A DNA stretch of 64,000 bases, from assembly GCA_030141605.1 (NCBI GenBank), contig JAQGDQ010000471.1, positions 62,001 to 126,000 on the forward strand, read 5' to 3'. Positions 25,801 through 37,883 of this stretch are shown here, in pieces. Origin of the DNA: Tubiluchus corallicola. Its lineage: Eukaryota; Animalia; Priapulida. A model generated the notes under the pieces. That model had not been told where the DNA came from. It did not search any database and worked only from the letters and a program-made list of their open reading frames with translations. Position 1 is the stretch's first letter. Each line of letters starts with the position of its first letter. A program made the position numbers and the translations under genes.

Positions 25801-28270
25801 GAATGGTTTTATTTTGCACTCTTGGTTAGTGACAGTACTACATCAGTATACAAGAATATTGGACTGCTCTCCGCTTTTAGTGGAGGCAGAACGGATGGCA
25901 CCGCGGCCTACACCGTGCGACATGTCTCAAAAACCAAAACCAAAATAATAAAATAAAAATGACGATTTATTGCCCAAAAAAAGAAATGTTCCAAATAGCT
26001 TACCGAATGGAGCAAAGCCTGAAGTGCAAACAGAGCTGAGATGAGATGAGACGACCACTGACCACTGACAAGGATCTACAGCAGACCTACCCTTTTTATA
26101 AGCTCAGGTGTGCACGTGACTAGTGGCTCCCACTAACACAAGGTCAGAATAAGAGTCTATGTGCTAGTTAAAGCCACGTTCACACGCACACCTGAGAAGT
26201 CTGCTGTATTCCCCTGCCAGTATTACACTATCTCATCACAGCCCTGCAGTACACTTCAGGCTTTGCTCCATTCGGTAAGCTATTTGGAAAATTTCTTTTT
26301 TTGGGCAATAAATCGTCATTTTTATTTTATTATTTTGGTTTTGGTTTTTGAGACATGTCGCACGGTGTAGGCCGCGGTGCCATCCGTTCTGCCTCCACTA
26401 AAAGCGGAGAGCAGTCCACTGGTGTCAGAACAAGTGGGATGTTACCCTCATCTGGGCATTCCGATTATTGTACTGTGGTTGATGTTGACTTAGAACGGTT
26501 ACAACACCGTCAGCTTGCCGATTTTCTATTAGAACAGAGTGTGTATTCTTCTAATGGTCAAGAATTAAGGGGCACTGCCTTAGATTCTACGGAACATTGC
26601 TATAGTTTTGATGTTAGTTGTACTAATAATGAGGATGTATTGTCGATCTGTGCTTGTAATACAACTAATCCGTTTGTTACTTGCCCTGTGCATAGCCTTT
26701 GTACTGAAAAGCATGCAGCGAAGCCACCTGAAATTTCAAGAAGGCAAAGCCAAGGTCAGCTACCTTTGCTACCTGCTACTTCACAACATCCCACTTCTGT
26801 GATTCCCGTGATTCATAATTTAACTAAATAATAAAAAATAAATCTTCTTCTTCTTCTTCCCAGCTTTTCCCTATTCGGAGTCGCCGTTGTGAATGAGTCT
26901 TCTCCACGCATTCCTGTTGTTGACCATCTCTTCATTTATGTCTTCAATTCCCACAAGATCTTCACAGACTCTTCTTTTCAGGTGTCCATACCATCGCAAT
27001 CTTGCGAGGCTTTCACTACTTTTACTGTTCCTCTGATATTATTATTTCTAATTTTATCTCTTCTTGTTATTCCCACCATTCATCTCAACATCCTCATCTC
27101 CACCACACCCATTTTCTTCTCTTCGGTCTTCTTTAGTCCATAGATTAGAGCGGGTCTGACCACTTCTTTGTGGACTTTCCCTTTAAGTCTCACCGACTCA
27201 TTCATAGAAGGTTTTGGGGCAGTTTTTACAGGCGGATGCCCTTGCTGACCCTAACCCTCCCTATTTATCCGGGCTTGGGACCGGTACTGAGTTGGACTGG
27301 CTTCCCCCCCCCCCAGTGGCTAGGTTAAATAATAAAAAAAATAATAATAAAAATAAATAAAGTAAACTAAAACACATAAGAAACATTGAAATGAAATGCA
27401 AACTAAGTTGACGAGAATAAACTGCAACTCACTTAATCACAACTCATTTAACAACAGAACAATACAAACGAAGACAAATAAAAAGAAATTGAAGGTGTTC
27501 ATGGCCGAGAAAACAATGCCCGCGAGTCTACGAGAGCAGGTTACGCGCTTGTTAGATTGGCCCAGAAAAACTAAACTCTGATTGAACGATGCAAGGTCAC
27601 ATTTGATACTGCATTCTCATGGAGCCTGTGGTTTGGATTTGCATTCCAAAACGTTTTAATTCCGCGACCCGCCACACAATATATACATAAATATAAGCAT
27701 TTGCATATTATACATCCCTACATGAATAGAGCTATATGAATAGCCAACATTTCCAACAAGCTGTTTTTCCTACGCGATGTTCTGGCTATGTATAAAAAAC
27801 GACTATTTTAGGTTTTCACCGTTTTCAGAGGACCATTGTGTAAAACAAACGTCCTGCCGGCACGCGTAGAGGTCTTGGAGGGGGAGGGGAAAGAGGAATT
27901 TATAGTTATTTGGAAAGAAATGATACGAAGCCACACAGTGATGTGAGTCTCTTAAAAATGCCTCTATCAGGAATCTATGTGAACAAGTTAGTTTGGGGGA
28001 TGTTTTTTTGGCCAATCAAACAATCAAACATCTGGACAATCCTTCATGTGTGTTTGAGTTTAAATCTTTTTTCCTGGTTCTTCTATAAGAAGTCGCAATT
28101 TAAAAACTCCCAAGGCAAAAATAATTTGATAATTTTTTGCATTTTAGGTCGACATGGTAGAGCAAGACGGGTTTGCTGATGAGCTAAAACAGTTGCTAAA
28201 TGCTAAAGGTGTCACATTCCCCTCTGGTTTAATTGATGAAATTGCTAAGCAGGTTCGGCGCAACGCATAA
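19816..28270 (+). CDS. Spliced 146-aa protein, exons 19816-19833, 23617-23782, 24749-24882, 28148-28270; unknown function, possibly TIR/flavodoxin-like alpha/beta fold
   Basis: Canonical GT-AG introns with matching phases (0,1,0); stop-free translation MASVPVRIFGNATVGGAQIPVAYMCYAESKTLANWTVTDVEKCMNNAVGSAKQVIMIIHPTGATDSATDPRIINKLYPNNLYLGIWIRSPDFQRAFNEFKKTFGKRVDMVEQDGFADELKQLLNAKGVTFPSGLIDEIAKQVRRNA*. The first exon is the least certain. Confidence 0.78.
20781..21263. mobile_element. Non-autonomous hAT element (MITE)
   Basis: Ends caggggtgtgcaaatt ... aatttgcacacaccctg; perfect 8-bp TSD tattaagg (20773-20780, 21264-21271); subterminal gcgggccgca-type motifs. Confidence 0.9.
21305..21835 (-). 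repeat. Rearranged copy of the 16576-16918 repeat family
   Basis: 21501-21835 is the reverse complement of 16576-16891; 21305-21500 holds a direct copy of ~16865-16918 followed by a more diverged partial copy. Confidence 0.85.
22080..22215. repeat. Degenerate (TTG/CTG)n repeat
   Basis: Directly visible. Confidence 0.85.
25860..26418. mobile_element. 559-bp foldback/hairpin element with 167-bp near-perfect arms
   Basis: 25860-26026 is the reverse complement of 26252-26418 (one mismatch seen); the interior is also imperfectly palindromic. No TSD found. Confidence 0.85.
26844..27325 (-). mobile_element. Internally deleted RTE-clade non-LTR retroelement
   Basis: Minus-strand RTE C-terminal motifs EMRMLRWMVGITRRDKIRN, RLRWYGHLKRR, RNAWRRLI; (GAA)n tail; RTE-like segment ggcggatgcccttgctgacc near the far end; TSD-like taaataataaaaaa on both sides. 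Confidence 0.8.
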
Positions 28271-30587
28271 AGGGAAGAGTCAAAGTAGCCTACTGACAAT
28301 GAGCGTCCACGAATGAGGAGGACAGACCAGACAAGTTTAGCACAAGAATTTTTAATACTTATTAGGTACTAATAGTATCATGCCAAAATTAAGCACTGAC
28401 AGTTTGCAGCTGTAGAGATAAACCTTGTACTATCCATTGTTTCAGCGCATAAATTGATCCATTATAAGGGAGTTATAGACTTGTCTTGGAATAAACTGTA
28501 AACACACATCAGTAGCAATAAATATTTAACAAATCATGAGAATATCAAAAAATATCAACCAGTTACCTTACGCACGAGTAAAGAATTAAAAGACAAATTA
28601 CAGGCAACCAGCTAATATTAAATTAGGCAATAAAACAAAATTGTTCATTTGCATAGAACAAACACGTACAGGTATCAATGTATTATCACAAAAAATGATA
28701 CTATAGACTGTTAGCTCCACTATTATTTTTGTGTCACAGCAGTTTATTTCCTTATAATGTAGTAATTTAAACTATGAAAAGTTGGATATTGTGTGGTTTA
28801 TCTCCACAAATGTTGTCAGTGTTTACTTTTGCCCTGGTACTAATAGTACTTGCAAAGTTTCGCTTCCCTCCTGCAAAATTTATTATCTATTACTAGTGTA
28901 AGCAATGGTGTTTGTATTAGCAGTGTAGCGCCTTTACTATTAAGTGGCAACAAATGATAGACCCGCTTGGCTTATCACAAGTACACATAAGCGTGCACTT
29001 TTATATTTTTCTGTAACTCTTCTGGGTGTATTTATAAAGCTTTCCTAATTTTTATCACTTTTTGTGCCTGGCAATTAAAAGCAAACAAAGTTTTTGAACA
29101 AATGAGTCGTGACACGGGTAGTTTTTTTTAAATCTTCTGGGGATCGTAGCCACATTGGCTAATAAAAAACGGCCGACAGAGGTGCAAATGGTATAATCTG
29201 ACGAAAACAGGCGTCAAATGTTGTATAACTTCCATTCCTTCAAGATCTTCAAAGTTGCAATTATTACGTATGTTGCTTGAATATATTTGTGGAGAGATTT
29301 TCCTAATTTGATATAATGCTTGATTTTTATTACCCAATGTCTATTTATAATCGGAGAGCTTTTGTTTTAGCTTAATTACGATAATTACTATAATTGATGT
29401 TTAGTACTATTTGTGCGTATGTACTATTTTCTTGTCTGCAAATCATAAGTTTGGGTTATCACGTAAAAGGGTTAAATGTATTTTAATAGCCGTTAGACAA
29501 TATTTAGTCCTACCAAAGGCTTAATTTTTATAAAGAAGTTTGTCAGTTTCTACATGCTTTTTTAAATACTTGTAATTACATAACTTCTTGTCATTAATAT
29601 GTGATGCATTTGATTTGGAAATAAATTGACGTGCAAATTATTAGAAAAAGCAAACACGCCGCTGATGAAGGCTTTCTGGCTTATTATACAACTTGGTTGA
29701 AGACTGCACTGCAATGCAAGTTAAGGTGGAATCATTATAATTTAGTGGAAGATGTGAGTGTGATGTGCAGTTTCATGATGAAGATTAGCTTGGTGATACT
29801 TGTCTAACTCCCAGTGCCTCATTGTACAAGAAGCGACAAGATTCAGTAGTACTTTATTGCAATCAACACTAAATTTATTGAGGGAATGAACACATAATTA
29901 CTGAATTTTGGAAACCAACATACCAAGCTTGTTCAGAAGCAAGAAATTGTAAAAAAGCTCGGACAGAGCCTGGATTTAAACTAGAAATTTTTCACTAACA
30001 AGTTCAACTTGTTATTAAGTCATTCTTTATCAGAAACAACAGCTTGCTGGTTCAAATCTAGTACCAGTTTTTCTCTTTTTACATTTCCTTTTCTAACGTT
30101 TGCATGCAAAAAATCAACAATTGCGTGGACAATTCCACCACTGTGCAGTGTAGGAATTATGAAGAAATTTGTAATGATGGAACTATATATAAAGTATTTT
30201 ACTTTAATGTATACCCTGCATTATTATTTGCCCAATATTTCTTTAAAACAGTAATAGTTTTAGCTGCTCTGTGTAACAGTTATTGTACCAGGCATTTATC
30301 TATTTATCAGTTAAAAATAGTGGTAATGATACTCTAGTTACTTCGTTTCATAAACAGTAGGAGTATGTGATTTATTTACCAAAAATCAAACAAACCACTC
30401 TCTACAACCTTGGTTTTCTTCTTCTCCAGAAAACACAATCAATACCTTCCTTCAGAGAATAATACCCACTTCATTGAACAAACATAATGGTCACTGTTGA
30501 ACAGACAAGATTAACAAAACTTGGGGAACGCTTGCTTCAAACAAACGAGATCACTTTGAACGAAGCCGCTCGTTTATGGAATCCATC

Positions 30588-30839
30588 ATGGAATTGGTTC
30601 AACTTTCAACATTCTTTGTTGCCTTGTTTTCGTTGCTTCTCAGTCATGTGATGACGCAAATTATGCATATGATTCAGATACAGATATATGTTACAAACTC
30701 TACACGGACGATACGAAAACTTTGGACAGATCAGATACAAAATGTAAGAATGATAATGCAAAGTATGTGAAGATTGTACCTCAGAAAGTATTGGACGCAT
30801 TAAGGACGTTTGATGTATTTCCAGCAGTAGCAGATACAG
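30588..30839 (+). pseudogene. C-type lectin exon-1 pseudogene (paralog of 57176-58448)
   Basis: MELVQLS-[1-bp frameshift]-ILCCLVFVASQSCDDANYAYDSDTDICYKLYTDDTKTLDRSDTKCKNDNAKYVKIVPQK..., with phase-1 donor acag|gtaaat as in the intact gene; exon 2 not found. Confidence 0.8.
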
Positions 30840-31109
30840 GTAAATAATCATTATAATTTACTGTTACGTATTTTTGTTGTGATTACTTTATTTTATTTTT
30901 AAATGTATTTACATCTACGAACAGAAGTCAAGAGATTTATATGTCCACTAAAACATCGTAAACTGTATCAACAATGTATAGAGAATAAAATTGCAGCTAA
31001 AAGTACAGAGAAGATGGTACATGATTAGTTTAATATAAACACACAAATTTGTGCAAATAACTCAAAAGTGCAAGTAAGAGAAAGTGCAAGTAAGTAAACT
31101 TGATTACCT

Positions 31110-31375
31110 AACGAGAATATGACGGCTGATCCACTTCCCTGTGAATATAGAGAATTTGTTGGCGCTGACTGCACTCATCAATAATGCTCTACATTCACAA
31201 TTTGGCACAACGGGTCCATCAGTGGAACTTGGCAAACGCCAACCAGCGCCTGGTCATGTCTCCTCGCGACGAGGCCAACTTCCAGGCATCTAGCGAATGT
31301 GGCTATTGTAAAAAAATTACTCGACGATAAGTTATGCGACCATTGTCACCTGTCCGACAAATTTCGATGCAATTA
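31110..31375 (+). mobile_element. Polinton/Maverick DNA polymerase-region fragment (Zn/endonuclease VII-like motif)
   Basis: NQRLVMSPRDEANFQASSECGYCKK-[fs]-LLDDKLCDHCHLSDKFR resembles the Polinton motif MT.EDE..F..A..C.IC....KVRDHCH.TGK.R. Confidence 0.65.
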
Positions 31376-33948
31376 AACGTTTTTACTTCAATTTTCTCAT
31401 TAGACAAGGGACTTGCAAGAAAGTAAAAAAAAAAACTTACGCGAAGGACAAATGAGAGTTGAAACTTTCTCATAATTAATTTTATACGCCTTTATTTTAA
31501 AAAATTCCCACGATTGTGGTGGTTGCCGTTGCTGATCGATTATAATTGATTAAATCAGGTTTTAATTCTTTAATCTGAAATTATATGTGTATTCATAAAT
31601 GTAAGTTAGGATTCAGGGTGTTCTAAATTTAATAAGAACAATATAAATATATATGTATATGCCGTATCGTAATACCGGGAACCTTTCTTACCATATTTTC
31701 AATTACAGCATTCACGATTTCACACAAACTATGATGATCAAGCCAGTCGAACCTAGTTTGTTGATGTTTTTTATGTATTACATATGAGTTATCTGTTAAA
31801 TGTATTAACATTTGAAGCCTGTCGTAACAACATCGTAAATTTTGAAGCAGATGAGGTGAAATTATATCTTCTATTCATTTATTTGAGTAAAATCATCACA
31901 AAACCATTAGTCTTGCATTTATAGTTTATCTAGGTCATTTTTAAAAGTTTTTTTAAAACTCCTGGAAACAAATATTTGTATGAAGCAAAATGATAACAGC
32001 AGTCTACAATAATGTTATTATCGAAAATATGGCTTGTAGTTGTTTTCTACAACGATACTAGAAAATTTCCTGTACGCGCATTTAAGTGAAAATGAGGTGA
32101 GAATGGCTCCCAGTCAGATAATTAAGCTTGTACGCGCACGTGCTGTTAAAATATACAGTAGGGTTGATGAAACTGTCTGACTGTCAAAAGTTTACATTAC
32201 ATGGAAAATAGAAAGCATCAAGTTCTACAGAATCTTTAATAGGTGATACATGTCTGTTTGTCTGTAAGAAACATGTAAATATTTTGTTTAAAAATTTAAA
32301 CTAGCGTTGGTTCTGAAGAAGTGAAAATGATAAATAATTTGTTAGTGAAATGCATGACATGATGTAAATTTGTATTGCATTTTTTTATACAAGGGAACAG
32401 TAAAATAGTGAAATTCTAATGGTCAGTACGACATCATATATGTAGCACAATGGGGACGTGCAGGTTCGAATTCGGGCACAACTTAAAAGAAAAAAAACAT
32501 TGATGAACACGATAATGAAAAACTTATTGCTTTATTTTGTAGAACGTGATAAACATTTTTTAGCATAAATGAAGCACAAACCTATAACTCATCTAACGAA
32601 AGTGCGTACATAATGATCATCTTTTATTACTAGTTCTTCTATTTGTGATTTTTTAATTAAACAAGTCAGCAAAACTTTCGCATGTGATAGGGAGCTCTGA
32701 TGGTGATGTTTCATCAATGCGTGAGACAGACTTTTCACATTGATACGAGTACATTAAGTGCATAAGCTGGGTAGGAAATTAATCGTATACTTTCAACTAA
32801 GTTTTTGTCGCCTGCAACAAACGGCTATCGATTAAACACCATTTGATGTAGCCGACAAAAACTATCGAAAACCGAGTGACCTGTGCAAGTTCCTAGCTTC
32901 CGTTGAAATCAATTAGACTGCAGTATTATGCAGCACACCTCATCACACGTGGGAAAATTTACGAGTGCCAACATGATAGTAAACAGATATTTACCCTGTG
33001 CTGCACATCTACCTAAATAAAAGTCACGTGACACCGTCACGTGTTATTAACGGAATGCAACCCGACAGTAGCGAAATTTATGTATGCGATGATAACAGGA
33101 ATCTGCTCTGGTAAACAAATAACGAATTAGGAATACAAAATTACCGATAGAGCTAGAGCATTAACAGCACATTTCATAAATATCAATGATTAAGTTTCTA
33201 AACCCACTTAGAGAAAACTTTCATTACAACAAGTTAGAGATAGTAAATTAGAGATGGATTTAAAGTTAAAGCAACTGCGCATGTACAAACCTACAACACA
33301 TCTCATTTCACAAGTTAGGGTTAGACCAAACGCGCATGTGCCAACCTACACCTCATTTCGCAACAAGATATGGATAGAGCAACCATGCATGCGCCAAGAA
33401 CCTACAACACTTCTACCACATTTAACACATGCAAACCAATCAAGACGGTATAGTCTAGGGGTTAAGGGGGAGGACTCACAGGCAATGGAATGATGTTTCA
33501 AATCTGACTTAGATAGTGTTAGAGATGGAATTATTTACTGGGGGGTTGTACATTATTTGGAGGGTGTTAGGATTTGCAGCTAGGGTTTGGGCATTATTTG
33601 GAGGGGTGAGGTGCAGCTAGCGGCAAGGGTTAGGGTTTTCCGTTACTTGGATGATTCCATTATTTGAAGGGTTGAGGTGCAGCTAGGCTTGAACATTATT
33701 TGGGTAGTCCCATTATTTGAAGGGTGTTAGGAATGGAGCTGCCCTCGGATAATTACATTATTTGAAAGGAGGTAAAAAAAAGAGGGGAGTCGGGCAACCC
33801 CAGAGGTTAAAGGTCAAAATAATGCAGTGTTCATACAATGTCTCTACTCTCCAACTTTTTCTAAATCAAAAGTACTGAAATATTTTGCACTTCTGGTGGC
33901 TTACAGTGTAGAGAATACCAAAGGATAAACGAAAATCAAACAGCTTCC

Positions 33949-33949
<1 letters not shown>

Positions 33950-33991
<42 letters not shown>

Positions 33992-34057
33992 GCGTGCGTG
34001 CGTGCATGCGTGTGTGTGTGTAGGGATAGGGAATATATATATATATAGGGATATATA

Positions 34058-34092
<35 letters not shown>

Positions 34093-34131
34093 TATATATG
34101 TATATATATATGTATATATATGTATTATATA

Positions 34132-34183
<52 letters not shown>
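33950..34183. repeat. (GT)n/(GCGT)n followed by (TA)n microsatellites
   Basis: Directly visible. Confidence 0.95.
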
Positions 34184-34185
<2 letters not shown>

Positions 34186-34747
34186 ATAAAAGACGATGTA
34201 TATTGTAGCTTTGGTGCACTGTCCCAAAGTATAGAACGTTTATTACTAGAACGCAATTTAGTAGTCCAGTGAAAAGGGTGGAATCTTGTAACACTTCACT
34301 GGGGCAGGAATTGCAGGATGGCCGTAATGTATTAAAAACTTTTGTAAATCTGATAAAGGTATGAGTTTATTATTAAAACAATGTGTGATAACTGATGTTA
34401 AAAACATGAGATAATTTAGTATAGATTATAATGATATTATAATAATTTTAGAGTAAAACAGCTTGTTAAATAAGTATGTGCATAAGTAATACCTATAAAA
34501 ACTTATATAGAAACGATAAACTTAAGTGATTGAAAAAATTGTTAATTAAAGCTACATTCCTTAACTTTCAAATTTGAATGTATTATGTGTTCGCCATGAA
34601 TTCTATGTATGCAATAGCAAAATATTTATAACTACGTGGACAAATTTTGCCGCAAATAGAGGCTTGTATATGTGTAATCAATATGGTTTACATTTATATA
34701 TATGTAAAGAATTATAATAATAATAAAATAAATTTTGGCTTGAGTTT

Positions 34748-36976
34748 TTATTTCTCTCCGGCTTCCCCAACAGATGTATTTTTCTCTAAAACAGGAGAGT
34801 CTATGCTTTCTTTATTAGGGATAGTCTGGGTTTCCGAGAGGACTTCTTTGACAGAAACACCAACGGAATTACGTTTCTTACCGATAGCTCTGAATTGAGC
34901 AATAATAATAACAATAAGCAGCCCTGTAACCACCGACATTGTCCAGAATCCAGACAGAGAGTTCCGTTCACTTTGCTTGGCTCGTGTTGCAGCAGTTAAA
35001 GGCTGTGCAACAGATCGGCTTTTAGAAGTTGTGATTATGGCTAGAGCGTAACAACACCGATTATCCCCTTCTTCCTGCTCTGCTTGGCTACGTCTACCAC
35101 ATGCCATCAAACCAACCTCAACCTTTCCTAGAATTGGGTTAGCCAGAAAAATGTCTCCATTCCCATTAATTGTTAAATTTTGATTATGGTTAATAATCGA
35201 GTACTGCATTTGTGTTTCAGAGCTGCTTGCAAACATTGCTTTAACATGACCCACGAGTGAGTTAAGAACACCTGTAGTGTTCATTTTATACACCTCCTGA
35301 TCAAAAACAGGATTTTTTCTAAAATGTAATTGTTTTATTTTTATTTGAACAGCAGCTAAAGCTACTGCGTCGATATGCTCCTTACTTCTGACCTTGATCG
35401 TGCATTCAACATATTCGTCGGTGTACGAATGCAGTTGAGCTGTTGTGATTACACTTACAATAGACCTCTCCGGTAAACGTGGATTTAGGAATGTTCGCAC
35501 TACTGCAAACGTTCGCATATGCTGCCCATCCTTTCCCACTAGTGAATAGGAAACGTCCGTTTCTGGATATGTACTTAGGACTACTTTGGTCAACACCGGT
35601 GTCCCGACAGGTTCATGAACAAAGGCTTCAGTCTGACCAGATATTCTCTCAAATTTTGCAGTGTGTACAATAATTTGCAAAGACAAGAGAGCTCTGGCAA
35701 ACGTGGGTCTAGTTAAATGGAAGTGCTCTTCTGCTTGAATAAGAGTGAAATACTTAGCTGACCACATCAGTTCTGTTGCGGTTGAAACCCTTCCGTTATG
35801 GTCATCGACCCTAAAAGGGTTAGGCACGGATGCATAAGGAAATGTGAAGGCAACGGTGTATGGAAATTTGTAAAATATAGTTTCTTTAAGTGGATCCTTG
35901 TCATGAGCGGAAATTAGAGGTTCAATTATAATTTCTGTGCCTTTCTCTACCGAAAAGTTACGTTCTACAGTTCCAGTGTACTTCACAACAGAAAACTCGG
36001 GGTTTTGGTTGTTTATATTCTTAAAATTAACAAAAATTCGTAGGTGAGGTCCACCCCTTGTTGGTTTCTCTCTAGTCTCATAACGAACTAAACGTCTGAC
36101 GTTTATTATAAAGGGCACATTCCAATCAGTGTTGGCATAAAGTCTTTGCTGCTCTTTCAAGTGAACGCTAATGTATGTCTTTTGTTTAAACGCCTCCTTT
36201 ATTCTAATTTCGTAATCCTGATTGTCAGGACACTCACTCGTGCTCCAGTCTGGATTGTCAAACTTCTTTTGGTCTAGCACACATATTTTAACATATCTGG
36301 CATACATCCATGGGTCTTCATCTATTACGATAGTATTGAAAAGATTAGTTCCGGGAAGCGTGGTTTCGTCATAATAGATAAATTTATTGTTTAGATTGGG
36401 CTCAAAACGAGGCACAAAGTAATCAAAAGGGATAATTTTAATTGTGAGATATAAGCGAATGTAATTACGTCGGGGTGATTCAGTAGGAGCAATATTTTTA
36501 TGGTGCCTGTCATCATGAACGCAGTCAAACTCCAATTCGAGTTTAGGCTCTAGCGCATCAAGTTCTTGAGGTTTATATTTTCTGAAGTAGTCTACCACGT
36601 TCTCTTTAAAGAGAATTGTATTTTCGCCACTCCATTTGTCATTATCCCACTGATAATGCGGCTTAGTGAATGCCTTCCAGTCGTTTTGCTGAGCATTTCT
36701 AGGAAATATCATATTAACCCCTTCGTCTTTGTTGAATGCAATGTTTATATCAATTAACTTACCAAGATTATTTGTGATATATATGTATGCTTTTTGCTTA
36801 TATGTTCTACTATATCTATAATTCCAGGGGCGAGGATCTCCGTCAAATGTTTCACATCCACGTGGTTTTTTGTCTAAGATGATGTTTTTGTCAACATGCT
36901 GTGCAACGTTTGCTGTCCACAGTGTACTTGATAGAAAGAGAACAAACAACATTTCTGACAGGCGACAAACCACCAT
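34748..36976 (-). CDS. Intronless 742-aa type I membrane protein with divergent cadherin-like repeats (copy A)
   Basis: N-terminal signal peptide; cadherin-like motifs VPRF, IDEDP, NINNQNPEF..Y, AHDKD, FRVD..NGRVST, NPVFDQEVY, INGNGDI; TM FWTMSVVTGLLIVIIIAQF; ~48-aa tail with no catenin-binding domain. Confidence 0.88.
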   Translation of the reverse strand: MVVCRLSEMLFVLFLSSTLWTANVAQHVDKNIILDKKPRGCETFDGDPRPWNYRYSRTYKQKAYIYITNNLGKLIDINIAFNKDEGVNMIFPRNAQQNDWKAFTKPHYQWDNDKWSGENTILFKENVVDYFRKYKPQELDALEPKLELEFDCVHDDRHHKNIAPTESPRRNYIRLYLTIKIIPFDYFVPRFEPNLNNKFIYYDETTLPGTNLFNTIVIDEDPWMYARYVKICVLDQKKFDNPDWSTSECPDNQDYEIRIKEAFKQKTYISVHLKEQQRLYANTDWNVPFIINVRRLVRYETREKPTRGGPHLRIFVNFKNINNQNPEFSVVKYTGTVERNFSVEKGTEIIIEPLISAHDKDPLKETIFYKFPYTVAFTFPYASVPNPFRVDDHNGRVSTATELMWSAKYFTLIQAEEHFHLTRPTFARALLSLQIIVHTAKFERISGQTEAFVHEPVGTPVLTKVVLSTYPETDVSYSLVGKDGQHMRTFAVVRTFLNPRLPERSIVSVITTAQLHSYTDEYVECTIKVRSKEHIDAVALAAVQIKIKQLHFRKNPVFDQEVYKMNTTGVLNSLVGHVKAMFASSSETQMQYSIINHNQNLTINGNGDIFLANPILGKVEVGLMACGRRSQAEQEEGDNRCCYALAIITTSKSRSVAQPLTAATRAKQSERNSLSGFWTMSVVTGLLIVIIIAQFRAIGKKRNSVGVSVKEVLSETQTIPNKESIDSPVLEKNTSVGEAGEK

Positions 36977-37883
36977 TACACTACAGTTTGCATATTGCTG
37001 ATTGTCTAGTTTCTAGATATCGGCAAATAGTTCATCAGAAGCTGAGATCAGTGATTTCGAATCAATAATGTTTCGCGCTGTATTCTTTAGCGTTTGTTTT
37101 CGCTGTTCCATTGTTTACTCGCTTAGCTGTTGACGTAAGCAGAATTGTTTCTTCCAGTTTAAGATTTCAAAATTGTTTGGAATTCTCTTCCTAGGCTTCG
37201 CGTAAATTTTAACAGACAACCACGTCATTGTATAGCCCGGTTTGTTTCCTTTTCTAAAGAGCTACAAATTTCTGTCTGTCCCAAGAATAAGAATAGGAAT
37301 GTTTTTTTGCACTCTTGGTTAGTGACAGTACTACATCAGTATACAAGAATATAATGCCTGATGCGAGGGTAACATACGACGTACATGTTGCCCTTATGCT
37401 AACATTAATCCTTATAATAGAATGTTGTACAGTTATCAGAAATATTAACGTAGAACAAAATTTAATGAAGGATTGAAAAATAGCAATAGGATGTACAAGT
37501 GAGTCTAAACGTACACTGTTAATCAAAACAAAGGGCTAAATGGATCTTAGTAGCTGTTAGGCAATATTTATATTACCTACCAAAGGCTTAATTTTTATAG
37601 TTCAAAAGCAAACACGCCGCTGGTGAAGGCCTTCTGGCTAGTTGAAGACTGCAATGCAATGCAAGTTAAGGTGGAATCATTATAATTTAGTGGAAGATGT
37701 GACTGTGAGGTGCAGTTTCATGATGAAGATTAGCTTGGTAATTCTTTTCTAACTCCCAGTGCCTCATTGTACAAGAAGCGACGAGACTCAGTAGCACTAA
37801 ATTGCAATCAACACTGAATTTATTGAGGGAATGAACGGATAATTACTGAATTTTGGAAACCATCATACCAAGCTTGTTCAGAA

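Larger units (their letters stand above)
29460..37170 (+). repeat. Segmental duplication, unit A
   Basis: Colinear similarity to unit B in blocks: 29460-31107/37525-40919, 31370-32085/46860-47580, 32865-33210/47630-47985, 34180-37170/48695-51690. Confidence 0.93.

Noticed and set aside
30576-30770. ORF MESIMELVQLSTFF... (and 40452-40742) as a real protein
   Set aside because: It is the shifted frame of the lectin pseudo-exon.
32440-32480. tRNA-like A/B-box sequence (similar reverse matches near 2310-2345 and 55845-55905)
   Set aside because: No cloverleaf can be formed; at most decayed SINE heads.
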